Under the pieces are notes generated by a model. It searched no databases, had not been told where the DNA came from, and saw only the letters and a list, made by a program, of their open reading frames with translations. This document shows, piece after piece, positions 1 to 13,024 of a DNA stretch of 52,886 nt (positions are counted from its first letter, which is position 1; the number at the start of each line of letters is the position of its first letter). The DNA is taken from contig MQRK01238444.1 of the NCBI GenBank assembly GCA_001938485.1, forward strand, positions 1-52,886, read 5' to 3'. This stretch comes from Girardia tigrina (Eukaryota). Position numbers and translations under genes: made by a program.

Positions 1-3000
1 GTTCCAATTATTTCGTAATTAATTCTCGCATGTTTTATGTTTTTGTTTTAATCATAATAAATTTTTGGTAACAAGTTTGAATTTGTGTTGTTAATTTAAT
101 TTAGATATCGACTAACAATTGTCATTAAATATTTCTAATTTATTTTAAATAAGTAATTACAATAAAATTCAATACGGACACAACAGAAAATTGATCTTCA
201 TTTTCGAATGAAGCAATAACCTTCTAAAGTCGAGGACTCCTGATAATATTTGTTAACTGTTGTGATGTTTTCTTATGTTTTGAATGTTTTTCCTTTTGTC
301 TTCATAATATTTTAATTGTTTCAAATTCTGTAAATTTATTGTATACCTTTCTCATCGTTGTTTCATTTATTTTGTGATGAGATCCGAATTATTTATTAAT
401 TCTTTTGATAACATTTATTGATAATTGTACTTTCTGGAACTTGAGAATCATAAAACATTGTGGTACATGCTATATTGACCTATTTTCACAAAAAATATTT
501 AAAAAATATTAGCTAAATTAAACACCAAAAAAAGAAATTTGTGAATAAGTATAGATGTGTTATTTTGCAATTTGATCTTCATTTCTTAAGACCTTAAGTT
601 AATCCAAGTCAAAATGTTTGTCTTAAGGAGCTGATTACAATTCTGCAAATATAAAACTATACGCACCAATTGGGTCATCCTGTTCTTGAACAACGAGTCG
701 ATTTGTTCTTAAATCAATTTCAATTTCAAAATACATTCTCCAAATAGTTGCATTCATTTTGTCATCCTAGCTCACTGAAAAAAACTGTGATTATCTTTCT
801 AAATTGGATACTGTCGCCATTATCATTTTGCTTTTTGTACTGTGTCTTCTCTGAATGAAGCCCGTTTACAATACTTTTGTTTGTTTTGCACGATGTGTGT
901 GAATTCTTCCCCTCTAAAATCGCTAGTTTATTGTATTTTTTTCATGAGTTTATAATATTTTAAATGGTTAATGTTGCCTTAAACAAATAAGTCAGTATTT
1001 GTTTATCGGGCATCATGTTGGGTTTTCATTTAAATTTCCAAAAAAGATCCTTCATTGTTTACATATATAATTACAAGACTTTGTATATAAAGTAGAAAAA
1101 TATTTATGACTGAGAAAAACAAAAGAATAAAATTTTAGAAAAGAACAGATACAATAAAACAATTGAGACAATATTTTTTTGGATTACTTAAACTGGACGA
1201 TAAACATATATATAATCACAAATATAATGTTCCAGAAATATAAATATAATATTTTAAATGTGAAAGATAAATTAAAAATTTTTTACATCGCAAATTTTTT
1301 AATATATGAATTCATAACAGAAATTATGTAAATGTTTGGAAAACCATTTTTAAATATAAATTAAAAATAAATAAATAATCAGTAAAATATAAACATCAAT
1401 AACGTTTTTCCGAATTAATAAAAGGAAAACGAATATTTTTTACAAGAATTAGGTCACATAAAAAATAAAAGTTGGAAAATGGAAAAATCAATTATTGATA
1501 TTCATAAGACGTTGATTTGTTTTACTACATAAAACGATATTTTCTTAATTTATTTTGTTTACGTGAGAACTCTGTGTGAATATTTGAACTTACTGAAACG
1601 TTCATTTTATCCATTTACAATAAACGAACTAATTCCGTTTGTAATATTCATTAATTATGACATAATAACATCAATCTCGAGTATTTAATGGGGAAAATAG
1701 TGATGTTATGATGACTCACATTTTAAAAGCCTTTTCATTAGTTAACATTCTCAAATGCACACATACTACCAACATACATTCAACATCAGATAATTAAATC
1801 ATATTGTTGTAAAATCACTACTGACGTTACATAATCAATTTCATCAGCACGCACACCATAATTATTACATACTTATTCTTAATTATTTCATTTACTGTTC
1901 GAAAATGATCAAATTGTGAATTGTGTTTAAAAACAGTAAAAAGTCTTTTAAGAATTATAAAAATAAAATATTATTGCTAAAACTGTAAAACCATTGAGTT
2001 TTGAAGACGTGTATTATTGAAAGAAATTGAAACAAATCTGCGATGGCGAGCAAAGGATTGAGTTTGTGAGTATGTGAGAGATAAATTGTATAAACACGGC
2101 GATTAATAAGCAAGTATTTATTGCGGCTTTGGATACGGACGACAAGAATATCACAATTGAATGTTTCAGTTTACTTGAAACTAAATTTAAAACTTCAACA
2201 AGAGTCAAACAATTATATGTCATGTTATTGGATTATCAAGAAAATTTCGATGATGCCTTTTGTGAATTCGTCAGGACGCTAGGCTCGTGCAGAGGCTGTT
2301 TGAAACAAGGAAGGTTGAATCGTCGACCAAAGAGCTTTGTTCGAGCCAAGCGCATCGGTGACACTACTGTTCTATTCATGGAGATTATTGATCGACTCGG
2401 CGTCATCCACATTGCTGTCGACTGCATTGACAGCGATCAACCCGATACTGCTCGGAAACTCGTTGTTAATATTATTCGGTAACTCAGATTCTGATGTCGA
2501 TTTTTGAGCATTAAATTCAATTGCGGGTTTGTTAAGGAGAACCCGGGAAATATTATCAGAATTAATAACGTTTAAATATTCATCTGTGATCAGCATTATC
2601 GAAAGAAATATAACAGCGAAGAAAATTCTTTATTTGTTGCTTTAACTAAATAGCTAATTAAAACAATTACAAAGCTAACATTTCATTTTTTAATTCACTT
2701 AAATGCATGCAATATATTTTTTCTTTTCAATGATCGTCGCGTATATGATTTTTTTCTTATTTACATTAATTTCCACTGAGTAAAATTCACACAAAAATCA
2801 CAAAATGTGAAAAATTTCAAATCATTTCAATTTCCAAAAATAATTCATTCTAAGCCAAAATAGTTTTAAATAAAATTTAATTCGTTCTCGAAACCAAAAA
2901 ACCGAGAATGTGGCGGCACACAACAATGCCAAAAGAATTAATATACAAATTAAATGTTGGGTTTTAAAGTGATATTTCATTAATTTTCCAATCATCGAGG

Positions 3001-3872
3001 TCGAAATTAGACAAAAATATTAAAAATCGACGTACTTCTGCAATGAAACTTTAAAAAATACTCACAATTCCAAAAGAACAAGTGTTATAACACTGTTGTT
3101 CATTAGTAAAATTGCAAATTATTTATATAAATATTTAAGCAAAAAACAATAATAAAATAATCAAATTCTTTTTTAATGAAAAAAATTTAATTTTTTAACT
3201 GTCTCATAAAAATCAAAAAAATCTTTCAACCAGACGGAAATGAAAATTTAATAAATGACTTTTTATAAACTTCAGATTTTTCATGTAAATATTTATCAAT
3301 AATAAAATGTAGTTTTAGTATAAATGTATTTTATTTATATTATTTCTAATTTAATTTAATATATTTACATTGAATAAATCGTATTATTTTTATTTATTAA
3401 TTTTATAAAATAATTTTCATCCCTGACCACTAATTAATTTCATTATTTCATAAATAAATGAAAATAATAAGAAACTATTAAAAAAGTTCTTTAAAGACTG
3501 ATTTTTTTATCTTAAATTTTTTTTCCTCAATTAATAATTAGTGACTCTCATTATGTATAATTTTTCCAATCTGTTTTTGTCATTCAATCTTTTTTTCCAG
3601 TTTTCAAGACATCTTTATTGATGCTCTCAATTCCCAGGACACTTGTTGTCATATAAAATTCTACTTTGATGTACAAGAGCTGAATTTATTAATTTATTAA
3701 CTGAGATAAATATATTTTTAATATTCATAAATCGTCGAATTACGCAAAAAATACCACTATGTAATTTATAACTAAAAATATTTTGATTAAAAAAACGTTT
3801 GAAAAAATTTTAAAAAACGAAATAATTATAAAAAAAATATTTTTAAGTATTTAAAACAAGATTTATACTTAC

Positions 3873-3900
3873 TTTGCAATTCTCTGCTCTTTGCGTCTGT
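3873..3900 (-). CDS. Candidate 28-nt micro-exon of a host gene
   Basis: Minus strand reads ctttctttcag|acagacgcaaagagcagagaattgcaaa|gtaagt: a consensus acceptor and donor around a GC-richer stretch that is open as xRRKEQRIA or TDAKSRELQ. Confidence 0.55.
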
Positions 3901-5843
3901 CTGAAAGAAAGGATACATTAATAAAAGAGTTAAAGAAGAATCGTAAAAAAAGTAATACTAATTATTTAAAATTAAAATGAATGTGTCATGAAAATTGTTT
4001 AAAACTGATTTAAATACGTTGTCAGAATAAGTAGGAGAGATAAAATGACCCACCCTGTCGAGCTCAACCTTTGAATATTCATCAATTTTGAATATTGAAT
4101 TTAGCGAAATAAAATTTCAATATTATATGTTGGAAAAATAAAATCTGTAGAACTTACTTATTACAATTGAAAAAATATTATAACCCCAACATAATGGTAA
4201 GACATTTTTACTGATTGTTTAAGTTGCAAGACTAGATGACATTTACCGCTTAGATCCCCTATTTCACTAATGTAGACCAGAAAATTCCGAGATTTTGGAT
4301 AATATTCCGATACCTGAAATCCAAATATACCAACATTTACGTGGTTTGTTTCAAAACGAAAAACTTGCAATTGTATAAAACAGTCAAATCGATTTCTCTA
4401 ACGTTTGTACAATTTACAAAATGTTCAGTAACATAACTTTCGAGTTGTGATAAATGTTCAATTTTGAATCTATCAATATTCGACAGCAACTTGGTAATCA
4501 TTTCGGTGTTGTCGATATTAGATTTGAATAAATTGTGCGACTTAAACAGAAATTAAATGATCGACTGATCGAGTTCTTTAATGTCAAAGTGATCAACAAG
4601 TTTGAGAATTCAAATAATTTTTTTCAACACAGATCACACGTATTTTGAAAAGTTTTTCATTTACGTGCAACTAATCTATTCACAATATCTCGTTACAGCA
4701 AACAACGCAAGGTAAAATCAAAATAAACTCTTTTTTCTTTTTTAATTTTTTATAAATAAATATATATTAAAATTTTAATTTTAACTTTTTAAAAAAAATA
4801 TTTTTTTAATTTAATATAGCGGACAACCAGGTTAATATTATGAAATTTAGCAAATTAAACAAAGTACATCATTTATTTTATTAATTCCTATTTTCCAGTT
4901 AAAAAAAAAGATTGTAAAACTGACCAGCATAAAAATTGCCCTCCATAAACAGAATTAGGAAAATGAATAAAATTATAATTATGTATCAGAATGTATTTAC
5001 AAAAATTATATACAATAATGACGAAAAAGATATTAAAATATTTTAAATATTTTACTCTTTTTTCACTAAATTATTAAAATGAACGAAAACTGTAACGACT
5101 GTTTTATGAAGTTTGTGAAATTGCTTTGCGAAATAATTGTGTTAATAAATAATTTAAATCTTTTCTCAGTTTCCCTGTTTTAAAATATTGTTGTTAATTG
5201 TTTTACATAAAATGTTGCTTGAAATTATCTCATTCAATTGTTAATATTAAAAAACCGAGTAACCTTTCCGGGTCGAAAAATTTGGAATTTAAAGGAAATA
5301 TGATAGAAGGAATATGAAGAAAAATATTATTTTTACATTAAAAAACAATCTTTCAAAATAACATCGATGTATTTAAATATTCTTTTACAAACTATTTTTA
5401 ATTTGTTAGTTTATTAATTTCCATATTATTAGTAGCTTGAAAAATAAAAATATGGTGAAAAAAGCTGAAAAACTCTAAAAAAATATTTCATTCAAAGATA
5501 TTTCCGATATATTTTTTGCGTTCTTCGCACTTATTAACATTACAATAATTCGCACATTTAAAATTTATCAGGTCATTTATGTGACGCTTCATAAACACCT
5601 TTCTAACTCTTCAAACATTTAAAAAACATTCATACTTCGAATATTCCTTAAAACAAAATATTTATAAATGTACAGTTTGATTTTTGAAACTTGTTAAGAA
5701 TACAAAAATGTTATTAAAAGTTATTGAAAGAATGCAAAATTAAATATATAACAATAAAATATGTCATTATTTGATGATTGTAAAAGAAATTTTAAAATTA
5801 ATAAAATTTCACCAATTGATAAAATATTTAATAATGTTAGAGT

Positions 5844-6226
5844 TGTGAGAAGTGGTTGCAACATCAATATCTGAATTCATTTTTTTAACACGAAAATTTA
5901 TTAATATAACAACAATTCACATATTTAAACTAATTTTCCTGTTAATTTAATTATCTCGCCACAAATTAATCTATTAAATTCTTTTTGATTCAATTTTTAA
6001 AATCTTGCAAATTTATTAAATACATTTCACATTAAAACTAAAAATTTATTTTAAAATTTATTAAAAATCGTTTTTTTAACTTATATTAAAAAATATAAAT
6101 TTTTATGACTGTAAAAATATTTTATTTATAAATAAATATTTAATATTTAATGGTTTTCTTATCATTTTTAATTTTAAGATATTTAATAGATACATTAAAA
6201 ATATATTTTTTATTTTTAAATAGATA
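5844..6226 (+). repeat. Dispersed repeat family B, starting TGTGAG; inverted copy at 34340-34722
   Basis: tgtgagaagtggttgcaacatcaatatctgaattcat... aligns by eye over ~380 bp to the reverse complement of 34340-34722. Confidence 0.85.
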
Positions 6227-8261
6227 TTTATTTTTTTTATGATTTTCTCTTATTATATCATTTTTAATTTTTTAAAATATTTAAAAAGCATATTTACATT
6301 AAAATATTTTACCTTTTAAATTAAAAAAAATAATAAATTATTCTGGCGAGATGAAAATTTAAATTAAGCCCTCTTAAGAGTAATTTAAAATTTATTAAAT
6401 TTATTATTGGAAAACTTTATCAAAAAAAATAAAATCAAATATTAATATTATAAGTAGAAGATTTAAAAGTTTTAAAATTTATAAAACAAATGGTTTCTCA
6501 AAAAATTAAGTTTTTTCATATATTAGTGTTAATAACTTTTTTTGTAAAAGTTGCAGTAGAATAATATATGGACTTGATATCGAAATTAACTTTTAATAAT
6601 AATTCTGAAGATGTTCCAAGAACATCTAACAAAACTGGAAGAAAGGAATGAATTCGTTGCACAGAACAGTACTGTCTAACTGCATTGAACATCAAGAATT
6701 TAAATAATTAAACTTTTGTTTTTATTACAAGCTTAACATCAGAGTTTCATTACATGTTCCACATTCTTAAAAAGTTGCTATATTTATATATTTTCTTAAT
6801 TTTTAATTTATATTTTCAAAAATAAACAAAAATTTACGTTTTGCAAAACATTTTGAATTTACTTAAATAAACACAAACTGTGACACTAGATTTTAATGTA
6901 TGTTGTTAACTTACTATTTTAATTAATGTTAAAGATTAAATGTGGTTTGTTTCTGTTTTAGGAGTCAAATTTGACAGCAGAGAACCCAGTAGAAAAGCAA
7001 AAGATTTTATAAAACCAAATTGTATTTAATTATACACAAGTCCAGAGATTCCTGAATTTCACGCAGAACATTTTAAATCCCCCTGGAACGCAAGCTTATT
7101 TATGTAAATATAATTGTATGTCTTTATCACGTGTTTAATTAAATATATATTAGTTTTATAAACTTTTTTGGTTTTCTACTGGGTACCATGTACTTCTCAG
7201 CTTCCTTATCAGTGCAGTTTTTCAAGGACTTTAATATTTTATAATCTCAAAAAGAAAACCATAGTTAATTTTAAATCTAAAAATATTATTTATTTATTTA
7301 TTAGAATAGAAATTGTTTGATTAAGTTATTTAGATTATACGGTTTTTTTTGATAAAATATAAAATATAAACATATTCATCATAGAATAAAAAGTAATTCA
7401 AAAGCACAAAAAATTTGTGTAAATATTCTTTTCTGAAGCAAGACAAAACAAAATGATGAAAATCGACATTTAGAGTTACTTTTCATAAATGAAGAAAACA
7501 AATATATTTTTTATATTTTTATTGAAGAAGTTTGCGGTGATTTAAGAAACAATTTAAATATTCTAATATTAATTTAGGAAAAATATTTGTTGAAAATATG
7601 GATTATTGAAGAACTAATAATAATTTAATAATTATTTAACTAAACTGGCACAGGCATATGTAAATTATTATTTTCTTCATAAATTATAAATTACATTAAA
7701 AAGAAGCTATCACGAAATATTGTTATAATAAATATAAATATAATAATTTAGAAATAAAAAAGCTTTTTATAACTTTAACTTTCTGATATTTAAAATACTT
7801 TTTGTCTCAAAGATTTTTTGGAAAAATAACAAATTTATCTACTAATAACTAAAAAAATGGGTTTTTTAAATCATCAAAAATAAAAAACCTAAATAAACTA
7901 AAACTGGGGTCAAAACCATACGTACCCAATTTGTTTTCATGATTTTTAAAATTTATTATGTAAGACATTCGTTTTTTTCATAAAAAAAAGAAAATGAAGT
8001 GCATAACATTATATTTTTTATATTTTATTTTTTTTTGAAATACAATTAATAAATAAACCTTCTTAATCTTTATTATTATATGATTATGACAATTATTTGT
8101 GAAACGACGATTGAAAATAATTCTAAATTCTATAAAATCATCAAAGTTTCGTGGGAGACAATATCATGTAAGTGTTGTATCCGCGTCCATATAAACTATT
8201 CATTGTGCCCTCAATGAATCCCAATTATTAAGAACACCAATTTGACTTTTTATATTTTTAT

Positions 8262-9266
8262 TTAAACAATAATTTTGTTTATCCTTAAGACAATCTTTGT
8301 CAAAACTTTCGTACATTTGCATTCAGCCGTTATATACATATAATTGTATTCACTAAACTTATCTATATAGGCAAATAATTCTGCGTCAGACTTTGGTCGT
8401 GATTCACGTATCATTCCTTTCCATTTCGAAAACATATTTTCAATCGGATTGAGGAATGGTGAATACGGTGGCAAAAACATCAATTCGCATATATTTGCAT
8501 CCACATGCATTGCTAAAAATTTGTCTTTTATGGATTGGTGCTTGTGAAATCGGACATTATCCATAATGACCACAGAACGACAGATATGTTCATCTTTGAT
8601 ATACTGTAAAATTTCATCGATGAAATTAGCAAAGGTTGCTGGGTTGAACGCCGATGTTTGGGTCACATATTTTACTATTCCACCCTTATTCATTGCGCAA
8701 CATACAGTATTCCTTGATCTAAGGCATTTTACGTTATGTACAGCTGGTGATCCAGCTAAAGATCGTCCTCTTTTACTTCTAATAGAAACATTAAAACCAA
8801 CTTCATCAACGAAAAATAAATTATTTTCATCAAGATTAGATAAAATGTCCATGAATTTATTCGCATAATCGTATCTTTCATTCAAGGACTTCTCATCATT
8901 TCTACGTTCAGGGATTAATGTTGCAGACTTTAAGGTATAATTAAAGCAACCAATACATCTGTCAATTGTTTTCAGACAGACAGCAACATTAAATTTTGAA
9001 CGCAAAAGTCCTTGAATGTGCTGAAGAGTAATTCCGCAATTTTCACCAATCCATGATTTAATGGCATCAACATGGTCTTCGGTTAAAGCTTTTCTTCTTG
9101 GTCCTCCTTTCAGTTTTTGTTCGATCCTACTTTCTTTCTTGTAGACCTGAATAATCGAATACACTGTTTTATACTTCAAATTAAGAATTGAAGCAATTTC
9201 GATAACTGAATGGTTCGTCATATACGAGTCAATAATCATTTTCCTTATTTCTTTACAAACTGCCAT
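8262..9266 (-). CDS. IS630/Tc1-like DDE transposase, near intact, C-terminus probably frameshifted
   Basis: 334-aa ORF with N-terminal HTH, GGPR linker, FFVDEVGF, VIMDNVRFH and FLPPYSPFLNPIE motifs; 39 residues between the second D and the E. Confidence 0.92.
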   Translation of the reverse strand: MAVCKEIRKMIIDSYMTNHSVIEIASILNLKYKTVYSIIQVYKKESRIEQKLKGGPRRKALTEDHVDAIKSWIGENCGITLQHIQGLLRSKFNVAVCLKTIDRCIGCFNYTLKSATLIPERRNDEKSLNERYDYANKFMDILSNLDENNLFFVDEVGFNVSIRSKRGRSLAGSPAVHNVKCLRSRNTVCCAMNKGGIVKYVTQTSAFNPATFANFIDEILQYIKDEHICRSVVIMDNVRFHKHQSIKDKFLAMHVDANICELMFLPPYSPFLNPIENMFSKWKGMIRESRPKSDAELFAYIDKFSEYNYMYITAECKCTKVLTKIVLRINKIIV

Positions 9267-9365
9267 ATCTAAAGAAGATATATATGTAGTAAAAAATAAA
9301 AAACAGTTTACTCTACTTTACAAATTTAAATAATTATAATTGTAAACTAAATGTATATTTAAACA

Positions 9366-9475
9366 AATTCCTAAATTGACTTACAAAATTCTTAAATTGA
9401 TTGTCAAAATTCTTAAACGGATTTACAAATTCTGATATTGAATTACAGTTTTCTGAAATGTGCTGACAAACCCTG
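9366..9475 (-). repeat. 5' terminus of the IS630/Tc1-like element with ~21-bp tandem subterminal repeats
   Basis: About five degenerate units (ttcctaaattgacttacaaaa / ttcttaaattgattgtcaaaa / ttcttaaacggatttacaaa ...) ending in ccctg|TA, i.e. TA|CAGGG on the minus strand. Confidence 0.65.
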
Positions 9476-11478
9476 TAACTTATTAAAAGTTAATTAAAAT
9501 TGAATTTATTTTTTGATTACGTTAATTTAAATATTAAGATTTTATTATTTTATAAAAATCTTCAAAATACATTATTAAAATCTAAATAATAACTGTTCTA
9601 TTTTAAATCATTTTTAAACGTATTTTGCAACAATTTCTAGTAATCTAAAATTATTTAAATGTTATTTCAATATTATTTATCTAAAACCAGTTAACTAAAA
9701 TATAATTTTAGATCTTTAGTAACTATTTAAGTATGTTTAGTTATAATATTAATATTTCTTAATATTTTATTCTTCGTTAATTGGTTAAACATTCAATTAT
9801 AATAATTATTTTAATACGAATTGACACTATTTTAATTTTAAATAAACATTATGATTTTTTTATTTTATAACGTAGTTTTTAAAAACATTAATTAAATTTA
9901 TTCTTTTAATGCAAATGAACACTATTTCAATTTTAAATAAACATTATATTTTTTTATTTTACCACCTAAATTAAAAAAAACATTTGATTATAGTTATTTT
10001 TTAATACAAATTTTGAGTTACAATTACTTGTTATAAATATTAAAATTTTTATTTAAAACCTAATTTTATTTACCATGTTTGTTACTCCGAATTATTTATT
10101 TCCCTAAAAGTCAAATTCTAATAAATTAAATTTTTATTACAATTTTTATTATTAATCCGAAATATTTGTTTTCTTTTAAACATTTATGTAAATAAATCAT
10201 TAGAAATTATTTAATTATAAATATCATATTACTTTTTAAGTAAAGAAAAATAAATTTCTTTTCAATCATTTATATGAAGACAAAATTTTAATGGAAATTC
10301 AAAACATTTAAAATATGTCAATCAGTGAGCAGTAAAAGGAAAATAAGGATAATTGACAAAAAACTTATATGAACTATTAAAACAAAATTTAATAAAGAAA
10401 TATTTTGCAGATAAATAAAATATAATATAAAAAATATTTCAGTTAAACAAAATTTTATCTAAAAATAAACTTCTAAAAAACAACATTGAAGGAAAGATTA
10501 TAAATGATTTCTAAATATTGAAACAAAAATATATATTATAATTAAAAATAATTTTTATATATTTACATGTAGCAAAAGAATGTTTTTATAATGCACAAAA
10601 GAAAGTTATTTTTAGAAAAAAAAACAGATTTAACAAAAGTAAAAAATTAATTTTATTTTTCCATTAATTAATTACAGAGAAAATATTTGCTTTTTATTTT
10701 AATCTGACAAAAAATCATTATTAAATATATTAATGAAAATTATATATTATTTTTTATGAAAAATAAAAAGAAAAATATTTAATTAAATTATTTTTTATAA
10801 ATTGTATTTTTAAATGCAATTAAAGTTTATTTTTCATTTCAGTAAGATAAATTTAGATCTTAAATAATTCAGTATATAATTTATATAGTAAATTATTATT
10901 AACGTTTTAGAAAAAAATTATTTTTAGAAATAGTCAGAAAAAATTAGAAAATTATTTTAGAAATTAAAAATTTTATTAAAAAAAGATTCTAAAAATTAAT
11001 GTTAAAATTTAAAAGTTATATATAATTTAAAAAATCTTTAAATTGTAAAACTTATATTTTGTAATTTCTAAGAGTTAAATTTTAAAAGATCTTTAAAGTG
11101 ATATCAGAAAACTTACGAAAATAATAAATAAGAGATGGTTTATCAAAAAAGAATAAAATAAGAATTTGAAAAATTATTGAATTCCAATTTTTCTAAATAT
11201 TCGCGTTTTGGAAGATTACGACGAAATTCACGTTAAAGTCGATGGAAATTACAATATATCATTTTTCAAATATCCTTTTTCAAATTCGTGAGGATTATGT
11301 CATTTGTTAACTTGTTCACAAAATTGTTGAAACTTGGAAAAAAGGTTGTATATAAACTGATATGTGTAGTTCATGACTTCAAAGAGTGAAGTTCGGGGGT
11401 TCGGATGCACCTTTGCAAATAATGATGTGTCCCCTAGAAGATAGCCATCATTGAACAAACTGATTGTTACGAATTAAT

Positions 11479-11480
<2 letters not shown>

Positions 11481-11524
<44 letters not shown>

Positions 11525-11574
11525 NNNNNNNNNNNNNNNNNNNNNNNNNNNNNNNNNNNNNNNNNNNNNNNNNN

Positions 11575-11604
<30 letters not shown>
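11481..11604. repeat. (AT)n microsatellite spanning an assembly gap
   Basis: TA repeats on both sides of a 50-N gap. Confidence 0.95.
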
Positions 11605-11605
<1 letters not shown>

Positions 11606-11636
11606 CCAAAGTCATCCATTTAAAAATATATTTTAA

Positions 11637-11675
11637 GACAATATATTTCGACGGATCTACCGTCATCTTCAGGTC
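11637..11675 (-). ncRNA. Minimal type I hammerhead ribozyme motif (PLE pLTR type)
   Basis: Minus strand: gac-CTGAAGA-t-gacgg-tagat-ccgtc-GAAA-tata-TT-gtc. Intact core, 5-bp stem II, palindromic TATA stem III, stem I gac/gtc. Confidence 0.8.
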
Positions 11676-13024
11676 ACTAATTAATAATCAATTTACGTAA
11701 TGTTGATAAAATGGAGACCTTGATCGTTTATTATAAAACCATAGTTTCATTTTCTTCTGAAGAATTTCTTAATTTAGAAGAACAAAATAGGATAATAATT
11801 ATTGATTTAATCTACTTCATTCATTAGAGCTCGTCATAAATATTAACATAAATATTATCACTCGAGTTAGATGTGATTGTCGACGATTTACTTGGACTTC
11901 TTATCCTTATTCTTAGTGCCTTTTGATAGCTCGCAATAGACCTGAAAGTTATCCGAACCATTTGGTCCATTTTCTTTTGTTTTAACGGGCATTCTCACCA
12001 TGGAGGCATTTCCATGGTTAGGTTGGCGTCGCTCTTACTCTACTCTTACATTATGTTGTCAGTGGTCAAATTGACCATTCCAACACTCGGAGCTCGATTC
12101 ATATTATCTCCAATTCTTTTTACTTGCTTCAAATACAAATTAACTTTTAAAAAAATTTTAAATTAAAATTTTTTACGAAACAAAATTTAAAATTTTATTT
12201 TCCCTTTTATTTAAAATATTCAATTCTAGATTTTTATTTCTCAATAAAATCAGATTCCGATTTCTTTTAAAAAAACAAATTTTTGAATATTCATTAAAAC
12301 CAGTGTTTATGAGAGCATTATAAAATAATTTGAAGATTTAAAAATTATTTAAAATAAATTATTTAAAATAAAATGAAAATAAAGGGCGAGTAAATTATGG
12401 AATTAAATGAAAATCGTAATTAATTATGAATGTTATAAGAAATTAAATATTTAAAATATACAAAAATATTATTGAAAATTCCACGAAAAATATTTTGTGA
12501 ATAAAATATTAAAAATATAATTGTTAAAATTGTTTCACCAAATATTTTCAAAATCGGTTTTTATATTCTGGGAAAAAATAATTGACAAACTTGTATTAAG
12601 TATCTTTTAATAAATATTTTTCAAATACTATATTCAAGATTTTTTCTAAAGAAAAAAAAACTTCTTTAAAGAAATTTTTTTATAAATTATTAGATATTTA
12701 ATATTCTTTATAGAATTATTTGGTTAAACAAAAATATGGTATTTGGAAACAAATTGTAGAGATTAACATTTGATGACCGTTAAAGATTAACTTTTTTTTA
12801 ATTTACAATAAGAATAAAAACAAAATGTTAGAACAAATTATATTTTTATTTATATTAAGGAATTTTTTCCCTGCTTATAATTATTTACATTATATTTTGT
12901 TTTTATTAAAATTCAAAATAATAATATAAATATAATAAATAATTAAATAATTAATTAAAATTAATAATATTTTATTATTTTAATATTGATAAGCTTCAAT
13001 CCGGATCAGAATTTTTCATGAAAA

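Noticed and set aside
230-1060. Minus-strand decayed coding-like sequence (possible rosa N-terminus and gag-like pieces)
   Set aside because: Too degenerate; no diagnostic motif could be confirmed.
2240-2276. Minus-strand CTGACGA...GAAA
   Set aside because: Stem II cannot pair.
4161-4370. 69-aa ORF with possible internal splice sites
   Set aside because: No motif and equally plausible as TE debris on the opposite strand.
6604-6630. CTGAAGA followed by a gatgttc/gaacatc hairpin
   Set aside because: No GAAA box or NUH site follows, so it is not a hammerhead.
8566-8868. 100-aa plus-strand ORF
   Set aside because: Antisense shadow of the transposase; the same applies to 32930, 33271, 33489, 40138, 41309, 44447 and 27940.
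9366-9475. Regular ~21-bp repeats as a CRISPR-like array
   Set aside because: Tandem units without spacers, in a eukaryotic context, at a transposon terminus.
8262-9475. IS630 element carrying a Fanzor/TnpB nuclease
   Set aside because: No RuvC or zinc-ribbon ORF next to the transposase or elsewhere in the window.
11448-11700. ORFs with (YI)n runs
   Set aside because: Translations of an (AT)n microsatellite and an N gap.
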